DNA of 64,000 bases from positions 32,001 to 96,000 of the forward strand of contig CAWAWS010000006.1 of NCBI GenBank assembly GCA_963785725.1, given 5' to 3'. The notes below the pieces were generated by a model. The model searched no databases and had not been told where the DNA came from. It worked only from the letters and a program-made list of their open reading frames with translations. Positions 38,344 to 48,371 of this stretch are shown one piece after another. Both the position numbers and the translations under genes were made by a program. Origin of the DNA: an uncultured delta proteobacterium (GTDB taxonomy: Bacteria; Myxococcota_A; Polyangia; Palsa-1104). Each line of letters opens with the position of its first letter. Position 1 is the stretch's first letter.

Positions 38344-39684
38344 CCGCCGTCCTCATCGTCGAAGACGAGCCAGGCCTGCGCGAAGGCCTCGTCGGCGCCG
38401 TCGAGACGCTCGGCTACGTCGCCGTGCCGGCGGCGGGGCTCGGCGAAGCGCGGCAGCGCCTCGGCCGCGAGCAGATCGACTGCGTCCTGCTCGACATTCG
38501 CCTGCGCGACGGCGACGGCCTCGAGCTCTTGCGCGAGCTGCGCAGCGGCGCTCATCGCGACGTGCCCGTCATCATCGCCACCGCTTACGGCGACTCCGAG
38601 CGCACCATTCGCGCCATGCGTGACGGCGCCTTCGACTATCTGACGAAGCCGTTCGACTTCCCGCTCTTGCTCGCCACCGTCAGCCGCGCGGTCAAGCAGC
38701 GCGCGCTGGCGGCCGCGCTGGCGCCGCCGGCGCCGGCCGCGGCGCGCGGCGGGCTCGTCGGCGCGTCGACGGCGATGCTCGGCATCTGGAAGCTCATCGG
38801 ACGCGCCGCAGCGTCGGACGCGCCCGTCCTCATCACCGGCGAAACCGGCACCGGCAAGGAACTGGTCGCGCGCGCCGTTCACGATTATTCGGCGCGCGCC
38901 AAAGAGCCGTTCGTTGCCGTCAATGTCGCGGCGCTGCCGGCGACGCTGCTGGAGTCGGAGCTGTTCGGCCACGAGCGCGGCGCCTTCACCGGCGCGGCCG
39001 CGCGGCGCGCCGGACGCATCGAAGCCGCCGGCGCCGGCACGCTCTTCCTCGACGAGATCGGCGACGTCGAGCCGGCCATGCAGTCGAAGCTCTTGCGCGT
39101 CCTGTCCGACGGCAGCTACGAGCGCGTGGGCGGCGACGAGCCGCTGACGGCGCGCGCGCGCATCGTCTCGGCGACGCACAAGCCGGTGCGCCCGGGCGAG
39201 CCCGGCTGCGTCCTGCGCGAAGATCTCTATTATCGCCTGGCGGTCATCGAGATCGAAGTGCCGCCACTGCGCGCGCGCAAGAGCGACATCCCGCTGCTCG
39301 TCGCCCACGCGCTGTCGGGCACGGCCGCGCGCGCCGTCTCCGAAGAGGCCATGGCGCGGCTGCTCGACCTATCGCTGGCCCGGCAACGTGCGCGAGCTCA
39401 TCCACGTCATTCAGCGCGCGGCGGCGCTGTGCGGCGGCGAGATCATCGACGTCTCGAACTTGCCCGAGCCGGTGCGCGTCGAGCGCGACACGCCGTCGCC
39501 GGCCGAAGCCGAAGGGCTGTCGCTGCGCGAGGCGCTGGCGGCGCTCGAAAAGCGCATGATCGTGCGCGCGCTCGAACGCGCCAACGGCAACCGCTCGGAG
39601 GCCGCCCGCCAGCTCGGCATCGGCCGCCCGCAGCTCTACGCCAAGCTCGACGAGCACGGCTTGGGCGGCGACAAGGAAAGCTGA
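38340..39684 (+). CDS. NtrC-family sigma54-dependent response regulator (+1 frameshift near 39369)
   Basis: Receiver domain, GETGTGKE, ESELFGHERGAFTGA, LFLDEIG, WPGNVREL, Fis-type HTH. Confidence 0.93.
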
Positions 39685-39767
39685 ACCGCCGAACCGCGCG
39701 TCAGTGAAGGAACGTTGCTAGCCGCGCGTTTGTTGTGGCGTTTGGCGGCGCGACATACAGTCGCAGC

Positions 39768-40367
39768 ATGCACATCCTGGCGCGTTCCATCGTCCTTCTG
39801 CTGGTGACCGCGGGCGCAGCGTCCGCCGACGAGACCATCTGCAAGGAGCTGCGCGAGCGCGGCTACGACGCCTGCTATCGGCAAAACGACACGGCGCGCA
39901 CCGAATGCGCCGACCGCTGCGGCCGCTGCGGCGAAGAGACCGTCAGCTGCTACAGCTACTGCGAGCACTTCTGCGACGCCAGCTCGCCCGAAGGCTGCGG
40001 CTTCGACTTGAACGCCTGTGTCTCGCGCTGCGGCCATCACTGCCACGAGCCCGCCTGCGAGGACAACCCCGCCTGTCGCAGCGCGTGGTGCGGCAAGGAC
40101 GCCGTCAAACAGTGCACCGACACCTGCCAAGCCGAGTACGCCGCGCAAGCGAGCTGCCGCGCCAACTGGTGCGGCGACGGCAAGGCGCGCAACGACTGCA
40201 TGAACGGCTGCGCCAAGAGCCGCGGCGCCGCCGACAGCTGCCGCAAGAGCTGGTGCGGCGACGGCAAGCCGGCGCAGCAGTGCTATCACGACGCCGACGT
40301 CACCGAGGATCAATGCCGCAAGCAGGCCGACGCCGGCTACAAAGCGTGCATGAGCAGCAAGAAGTAA
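39768..40367 (+). CDS. Secreted cysteine-rich protein (199 aa, 26 Cys)
   Basis: Signal peptide ending ASA-DE; three CRxxWCG repeats; uniform TGC codon use. Confidence 0.85.
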   Translation: MHILARSIVLLLVTAGAASADETICKELRERGYDACYRQNDTARTECADRCGRCGEETVSCYSYCEHFCDASSPEGCGFDLNACVSRCGHHCHEPACEDNPACRSAWCGKDAVKQCTDTCQAEYAAQASCRANWCGDGKARNDCMNGCAKSRGAADSCRKSWCGDGKPAQQCYHDADVTEDQCRKQADAGYKACMSSKK

Positions 40368-40412
40368 ACGACCGTTTACTTCTGCGGCGCCGGCTCAGTC
40401 GCGAAGTAAACG
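40361..40412. terminator. Inverted-repeat element between convergent genes (possible terminator or 3' stabiliser)
   Basis: GAAGTAAACG (40361-70), CGTTTACTTC (40373-82), GAAGTAAACG (40403-12). No U-tract. Confidence 0.45.
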
Positions 40413-40421
40413 CGCGCTGAC

Positions 40422-42366
<1,945 letters not shown>

Positions 42367-42377
<11 letters not shown>

Positions 42378-42765
42378 CGTCCATCTCCTTGCTGCCGTCG
42401 ATATAACGCCGAACCTCGTTCACGAAGCTGGCCACCTGAATGGGCTTCGACATGTAACCGCTGCACCCGCCGGCGAGGAAGCGTTCGCGATCACCACGCA
42501 TCGCGTGCGCCGTGAGCGCGATCACCGGCAGCCCCTTCCATGCCGGCTTGCGCCGCAGCTCGCTCACGAGGTCGAGCCCGTCGATTCCCGGCAAGTCGAT
42601 GTCCATCAGCACCAGCGCCGGCACTTCCCGCGACAGCGCCGTGCGCGCCTCGAACGCGTTGCGCGCGCAGTCGACGGTGAAGCCGGCCTCCTCGAGCAGA
42701 AACTGCGCCAGCTCGAGGTTCTGCTCGTTGTCCTCGATGAGCAATAGGCGAGTGCCGTCAGACAT
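42367..42765 (-). CDS. Single-domain response regulator (DivK-like)
   Basis: IEDN, LMDIDLPGIDG, ALTAHAMRGDRE, SKPI. Confidence 0.93.
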
Positions 42766-44896
42766 GACCGACCTCCGCGCGCCGCAAGAGATCTTGCAGC
42801 GCATGCACCAGTTGCTGCGACGTCGCCACGCCATTGCTCTTCTGCAAGAGCGCGCCGATCTTGCCGTGCAGCCGCCCGCGTTCGTCGAGCGACAGATCTT
42901 TGTTCGTCAGCACCAAGATCGGCACGTGCGCCGTCTTCTCGTCCGCTTTCAACGCCGCCGCCACGTCGAAGCCGTCCATGCCGCGCATCATCAAGTCGAG
43001 GATGACGAGGTCGGGCGGTTGGCTCGACGCCCGCTTGACGCCGTCGGGCCCGTCCAGCGCGTGCTCGAGCGTGTAGCCGACCGGCGCCAAGGTCGCGTCG
43101 AGCATGTCGTGCAGCTCGGGATCGTCGTCGATGATGAGCAGGCGCGCCGTCGGCGTCGGCAAGAGCGCGCGCACACGACGCGCCAACACGCCGCCGTCCA
43201 CCGGCTTCGTGAAGTAGTCGTCGGCGCCGAGCGCGAGGCCGAGGTCGCGATTGTCGGCCATGATCGACACGATGATGACCGGCAGCTCGCGCAGCTGCGG
43301 ATCGGCTTTGAGCCGCCGCAAGACCTCCCAGCCATCGATGCCCGGCAAGACCAGATCGAGCGTCATCGCCGAGGGTTTGAGCGCGCGCGCCAACGTCAGC
43401 GCCTCTTCGCCGGTGCGCGCGCGCAGACAACGAAATCCGGCGCGCCCCAAATCGGCCGCGATCTTGTCGTAGCCCGTCGAATCATCCTCGACGATGAGCA
43501 CGCGCGGGCGGTGATCTTGCGACGTCATCATGTGCGGCAAGGGCGGCATCGTCACCTCGCCGTCGCCGCCGAACTGCCGCGGAATGAGCACGCTGAAGGT
43601 CGCGCCTTCGCCCAGCCGCGACGTCAACCCGACCATCCCGTAGTGCAGCTCGACGATGCTCTTGACCAGCGCCAGGCCGAGGCCGGTGCCTTGATGCTCG
43701 CGCGTCGAGGTGCCGTCCAGCTGCCGAAATTCCTCCCAAATGAGCTGATGATCTTTGGGGTCGATGCCCGGCCCACGATCGCGCACCGACAGCTCGATGG
43801 CGTCGACTTTGAGCGGGCTGTGGCGCGCGCGCAGATAATTCAGCGTCACCATCACCAGCGACTTGTCGGGCGAGAACTTCACCGCGTTCGACAACAAGTT
43901 GTAGAGGATCTGTTTGAAGCGAATCGGATCCGCCTCCAGCTGCGGCAGATCCGGCGGCGCGTCGACGTGAAACTCGATGCCGCGCTCGCGCGCCTGGCCG
44001 GTCATGATGTTGATGACGCCTTCGACCACCGACAGCGGCGAGAACGCCTCGACGTGCAGCTCGAGCTTGCCGGCCTCGACCTTCGACAAGTCGAGGATGT
44101 CGTTGATGAGCCCGAGCAGATGCGTCCCCGACGTGTGAATGTTGTCGAGAAACTTGAGCTGCTTGCCTTCCAGCTTGTCCTGCAGCCGCGAGCGCAGAAT
44201 CTCCGAGAAGCCGATGATCGAGTTGAGCGGCGTGCGCAATTCGTGGCTCATGTTGGCCAAGAACTGCGACTTCAGCCGATCGGCCTCGCGAATCTTCACG
44301 TTCGCTTCCGCCAGCGCCTGCGTGCGTTCGTCGAGCGCGTGCGACAGCCGCGTCAGCTCCGCCACTTTGCGCGACTCTTCTTCCTTCAGCTCGCTGATGT
44401 AGTGGCGCTGCCGCTTGAGCTGCGCGATGCCGCTCAAGCTGAAGTAGAAGGGCACGTACAAGAGCAGCATGCGCGCGAGCGCGTCGATGAAGTGCGCCGG
44501 CAGCTGTCCGAGCAGTCCGAGCACGACCATGTAGGCGAGGCTGGAGACGATGGCCACGATGAGGGCCGACACCGTCCCGCCCATGAACGCGGCGGCCAGC
44601 ATGTTGCTCAGGTACCAGATGTACCAAGGGCTCGTGATGCCGCCCGATAAGTAGACGGCGAACGAAATGAACAGCATGTCGAAGGCGACCGGCAGCCACG
44701 ACCGCGGCCCGGTCGCGGTGACGACGTCGCGGCCGGTGCGCAACACGAGGCTCGATAGACCGACCGAGACCAGGCTCGCCGCGTAGAGCACCATGAGACT
44801 GCGCCACGTGAGATCGAGGCAGCCGAGCGGCTTGAGGATCATGGCCAGGATCGCGCCCGCGGTATACGACGCCAAGCGGCTGCGCTGCAGCCTCAT
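42758..44896 (-). CDS. Hybrid membrane histidine kinase with two C-terminal receiver domains
   Basis: About 6 TM helices, FLANMSHELRTPLN, NLLSNAVKF, GTGLGL, two REC domains. Start at 44896 approximate. Confidence 0.93.
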   Translation of the reverse strand: MRLQRSRLASYTAGAILAMILKPLGCLDLTWRSLMVLYAASLVSVGLSSLVLRTGRDVVTATGPRSWLPVAFDMLFISFAVYLSGGITSPWYIWYLSNMLAAAFMGGTVSALIVAIVSSLAYMVVLGLLGQLPAHFIDALARMLLLYVPFYFSLSGIAQLKRQRHYISELKEEESRKVAELTRLSHALDERTQALAEANVKIREADRLKSQFLANMSHELRTPLNSIIGFSEILRSRLQDKLEGKQLKFLDNIHTSGTHLLGLINDILDLSKVEAGKLELHVEAFSPLSVVEGVINIMTGQARERGIEFHVDAPPDLPQLEADPIRFKQILYNLLSNAVKFSPDKSLVMVTLNYLRARHSPLKVDAIELSVRDRGPGIDPKDHQLIWEEFRQLDGTSTREHQGTGLGLALVKSIVELHYGMVGLTSRLGEGATFSVLIPRQFGGDGEVTMPPLPHMMTSQDHRPRVLIVEDDSTGYDKIAADLGRAGFRCLRARTGEEALTLARALKPSAMTLDLVLPGIDGWEVLRRLKADPQLRELPVIIVSIMADNRDLGLALGADDYFTKPVDGGVLARRVRALLPTPTARLLIIDDDPELHDMLDATLAPVGYTLEHALDGPDGVKRASSQPPDLVILDLMMRGMDGFDVAAALKADEKTAHVPILVLTNKDLSLDERGRLHGKIGALLQKSNGVATSQQLVHALQDLLRRAEVGHV

Positions 44897-45066
44897 GTTG
44901 CGCCGAACGGGTCCCAGATCGACCGCCAACGGGGCACCCCCAGGCCCTCGATTGTACACCTAACGTCGATGCTGGAAACTGCGCTGGGGCCTACAGTTCG
45001 GCGGACAAAGCGGAGGCGGGCGCGCGACGATCGGGTGGCGATCGTCGAATTCAGTCGGGAATTGGC

Positions 45067-45618
45067 TCAGCCGCTCCAGCTGACCGTCCAGCTGCATTCG
45101 TTGCCGCCGAGGCCGCGACAGACGACGTGACGGACGTCGGGCTCGCGATCGGTGGCGAGCAGGACGCTCTCGAGGATGTAGCCGGTGCAGATGCCGCAGA
45201 TTTCGCGCGTGCGCAGCGGGAAGCCGCGCAAGCTCACGGCGGCGGACGTCGGGCCGACGAGCTGGACTTTGACCTCGCCGGCGTCGAACGCGTTCTTCCA
45301 CATGACGGCCATCCAGCGCATCGTGCCTTCGGCGTCACCGCGACGGAGCTGCGCCGAGTAGAGGCCGGTCAAGTCCATGCGCGCCGTGCCGCGGCCCATG
45401 AGCTGCCAGGCGTTGTCGCCGGGACCGCTCGGCGCCAGCAGCGTCGTGATGGCGCGGATGAGCTCGACGTGATCCTCGAGCGGATACCACGTCGACGCCA
45501 GCACGCGCTCGTCGAGGTACTTGTGCAGCCGCGGCGGCAGGAGCTCGCGCGCCCGTTCGCGTTGACCGCGAAGCACCTTGACCGCATTGAGCAGCTGCGA
45601 GCCTTTGGCGTGGGCCAT
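45067..45618 (-). CDS. Myxobacterial DUF2378/V4R-like protein
   Basis: AKGSQL, VLASTWYPLE, C-terminal CRGLGGNECSWTVSW. Confidence 0.6.
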   Translation of the reverse strand: MAHAKGSQLLNAVKVLRGQRERARELLPPRLHKYLDERVLASTWYPLEDHVELIRAITTLLAPSGPGDNAWQLMGRGTARMDLTGLYSAQLRRGDAEGTMRWMAVMWKNAFDAGEVKVQLVGPTSAAVSLRGFPLRTREICGICTGYILESVLLATDREPDVRHVVCRGLGGNECSWTVSWSG

Positions 45619-45687
45619 GTTCCCCCGCGCTCGATTGTCGCGCCGAAAAACGCGCTCGACAAGCGCCACGTGGCGTCGCAGCCGCGA

Positions 45688-46860
45688 CTACATCATCGGC
45701 GACGTGCAATCGGAGAGGCCGAGCGACGTGCACATCTCGGTCGCGAACTGCTGCGCCGGCCCCGCTTTTTGAATGCTCCACAGCATGAGCCCGGCCGCGT
45801 TCGCCGACTTGACGGCCGCGCCCAGCGTGTCGATCTCGGCCGTCGTCTCCACGTGACCACCCCACGCCTCGGGCGGCACCTCGATGCCCATCGCGATCGG
45901 CCCCTTGAAGTAATGCTGATAGGCCGCCAGCGCCTGCTCGGGGCTGTAGGCGTCGCTGGCGTCGTAAGACATGACGTTGATCCAGTCGATGGCGGCCGAA
46001 GCGTCGGCGTCGTGCAAGAGCGCGAGGCACAAGCCGGTCGACGCGCTGCCGAGCGGCGGCGCGGTCGCCCAATCGTCTTCACCGTAGGCGCCGACGCTCC
46101 AGCCGGCGATCGAGAGCAGCTTCGGTCGCGGCAGAGCGGCGCGCATGGCTTTGACGACGCTCACGTACTCGGCGTCCGACGGGCACGAGACCGTGCCGTT
46201 GGCGACCATGCAGTTGGGCGTGCCCGGCTCGTAGTCGATGTCGACGCCGTCGAGGCCGAAGTCGTTGACGAGCGCCGCCACTTTCGCGGGCTGAAAGCCG
46301 GCCCAGTTGTAGAGCGTCGCGCCGCCGACCGAGATCATGATCTTCGTCGCGGGGTGCGCGGCGTGCAGCGCGGTGATGGCGTCCTTCAGGGTCGGGCCGT
46401 CATAGGGCACGTCGAGGAACGTGGTGCCGTAGATGTTCAAGCTGCCGGCGACGTAGGTCGTGTCCGGCTGCATGAAGGCGAGGTTGACGACGTTGACGTA
46501 CGACGGCAGCTTGGCGAGCACGGTGTCGGCGCCGCTCGTCGCGTAGCTGTCGGACCAGCTCTGGTAGTAGCCGACGAAGAGGCCGCTCAGCGCGCTGCCG
46601 CCGCCGCCGCCCGACGACGAGCCGCCGCCGCCGGCGTTGCCGCCGCCACCGCCGCTGGCAACGCCGCCGCCGCCCGACGACGAGCCGCCAGCCGCGCCGC
46701 TGCCGCCGCCCGACGACGATGAGCCGCCTGCGGCGCCGCTGCCGCCGCCCGACGATGACGAGCCGCCGCCCGCGCCGTGACCGCCGAGCATGCCGCCCGA
46801 CGACGAGCAGCCGGCCAAAGCCGCGCCGAGCACGAAGAGCCGACCCCAAGTCCGCATCAT
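45688..46860 (-). CDS. GH18 chitinase-like lipoprotein with a Gly/Ser linker
   Basis: LAGC lipobox, VGYYQSW, ISVGG, catalytic DGVDIDYE, VMSYD, GLMLWS. Confidence 0.9.
   Translation of the reverse strand: MMRTWGRLFVLGAALAGCSSSGGMLGGHGAGGGSSSSGGGSGAAGGSSSSGGGSGAAGGSSSGGGGVASGGGGGNAGGGGSSSGGGGGSALSGLFVGYYQSWSDSYATSGADTVLAKLPSYVNVVNLAFMQPDTTYVAGSLNIYGTTFLDVPYDGPTLKDAITALHAAHPATKIMISVGGATLYNWAGFQPAKVAALVNDFGLDGVDIDYEPGTPNCMVANGTVSCPSDAEYVSVVKAMRAALPRPKLLSIAGWSVGAYGEDDWATAPPLGSASTGLCLALLHDADASAAIDWINVMSYDASDAYSPEQALAAYQHYFKGPIAMGIEVPPEAWGGHVETTAEIDTLGAAVKSANAAGLMLWSIQKAGPAQQFATEMCTSLGLSDCTSPMM
46597..46790 (-). repeat. Coding Gly/Ser tandem repeats (GGSSSSGGGSGAA)
   Basis: Roughly 39-nt units in the GH18 linker. 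Confidence 0.8.
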
Positions 46861-46873
46861 GAGCGCGCGTAAT

Positions 46874-46889
46874 TGCAGCTCGAATGCCA
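46874..46889 (-). promoter_or_regulatory. Candidate sigma54 promoter for the GH18 gene
   Basis: TGGCATT-CGAG-CTGCA with exact GG/GC spacing, 13 nt before the ATG. Confidence 0.55.
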
Positions 46890-46990
46890 GCGGCCAATTG
46901 CGCGGCATTGCTGGCGAACGCTGACAGCGACGGGGCGATCGTGGAAACTGGCGGTAGTCGGCCGGAGTGTGCGCTCCCGGCGTGCGCGAA

Positions 46991-47480
46991 TTACAGGTGG
47001 CCCTTGTCGGCGATGGTCGGGCTGGCGTCGTCGCCGCCGGCTTCCGCGTCGTTGCCGTCGAAGCGCAGCTGCTGCACGCGCGGTCGCTCGGGCTTCGACA
47101 TCTTCGCCGGCGGCTCGGGATACAAATAGACGAAGCCGACGCCCGTCGTCGTCGTGTCGACGTGCAGCGACACGCGATAGGTGTGTCCGCCGACGAAGCG
47201 CGCGCGATCGAACGTCACGAGGCCGCCGTTCATCGCCAGCGTCCACGTGCGCGACGGCGAGCCCGGCGTCACGTCGAAGACCTCGGCGACACCGCTGTCG
47301 GCGGCGCGCAGCTCGAGCCGCCAGCCCGAGGCCGAGTGCGTGCACGGCGACGGCGGTCTTGCCCTTTTGCGCGACGGCGACGTGCACCGAGCGGGCGTTG
47401 AGCGCCTTGAGCGCCGGCTCCGCATGCGCGGTTCCGACTACGAAAGCGAGCACAAAGGATGCGAGCAGCGCCTGGTACAT
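46991..47480 (-). CDS. Exported hypothetical protein (frameshift near 47340)
   Basis: Signal peptide MYQALLASFVLAFVVGTAHA-EP after GGGAG; continues in the frame ending ...PTIADKGHL. Confidence 0.6.
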
Positions 47481-47562
47481 CGGCTCTCCCTGTACGACAT
47501 GTAGCGCATATCACACCGTATACGACGGCGGGAACAGGAATCGATCGTCACCGACGGCAGAA

Positions 47563-47793
47563 TCAGCGGCGAATGCGGGCGAGGACGGCGCGGGCGGTGC
47601 TCGACAGGCCCTCCGGGTCGAGCGCGGCTTCGAGCGTGCGCGAACGGGCGGCGCGATCGAACGCTTCGGCGCGGCCGGCGTCGTCGAGGTCGCGCCAGGC
47701 CGGATGCGCTTGCGCGCGGCCGTCGCGCGGGTCGCGATCGCGATAGGCGCCGGCCACTTGCTCGACGAGCGCGTCGCGTTCGGCTTCCGTCAT
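47563..47793 (-). CDS. Small hypothetical protein (76 aa)
   Basis: ATGA overlap with the sigma-like gene; HPAWRDLD, LEAALDPEGLSSTARAVL. Confidence 0.75.
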   Translation of the reverse strand: MTEAERDALVEQVAGAYRDRDPRDGRAQAHPAWRDLDDAGRAEAFDRAARSRTLEAALDPEGLSSTARAVLARIRR

Positions 47794-48371
47794 GACAGCT
47801 CCGCGGCGACGTCGACGCCGCGTTTACGCAGGCAGTCGGCGAGCAGCTTGCGCGCCCGTCCGACGTTTTGCAGGAAGGTGTTCAGCTGCATGTTCGCGCG
47901 CGTCGCCAGCTCGCGGTCGGGCGCGCCGCCGGCCGCGTCGAGCCGCGCATGCAGCGCCGCCGCCGGCTGCGCCGGAAGCGCCGCGCGACAGTCGACGATG
48001 AGGCGGCGTAACAGCGGATCGGGCGCGTGCGGCGTGGCCGGCGCCGCGTCGGCGAGCGCGCGCTCGATGCCGTCGAGCTCGGCCGGCCCATACGACGACG
48101 TCCGCGCGCGGCGCAGCTCGTCGAGCGCCAGGTTGCGCACGATGCGCGCGCCCAGTCGCAAGAGCGCGTTCGGCTTGCCGTCGGGCACGCAGCGCGGCGC
48201 CACTTGCCAGACGCGCAAGAGCGCCTCTTGCAGCAGCGCTTCACCGTCGAGACGCGTCGCCAGCGGCCGCAGCGTGGCGCGCAACGAGGCCTCGGCGCCG
48301 GCGACCCAACGCGCGAACGCATCGGGATCGCCGGCGCCGATCGCCGCCAGCTCGTGGTCGAGATCGAGCAT
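47790..48371 (-). CDS. ECF sigma factor-like protein (193 aa)
   Basis: GDPDAFARW, EALLQEALLRVW, RNLALDELRR (region 2-like); ELATR...RARKLLADCL (region 4-like); TGATG overlap with the vWA gene. Confidence 0.7.
   Translation of the reverse strand: MLDLDHELAAIGAGDPDAFARWVAGAEASLRATLRPLATRLDGEALLQEALLRVWQVAPRCVPDGKPNALLRLGARIVRNLALDELRRARTSSYGPAELDGIERALADAAPATPHAPDPLLRRLIVDCRAALPAQPAAALHARLDAAGGAPDRELATRANMQLNTFLQNVGRARKLLADCLRKRGVDVAAELS

Noticed and set aside
45067..46860. Stop-codon readthrough fusing GH18 to the downstream in-frame ORF
   Set aside because: One-in-three chance of being in frame; the downstream gene has its own purine-rich RBS-like sequence; fusing a lipoprotein to a cytoplasmic protein is implausible.
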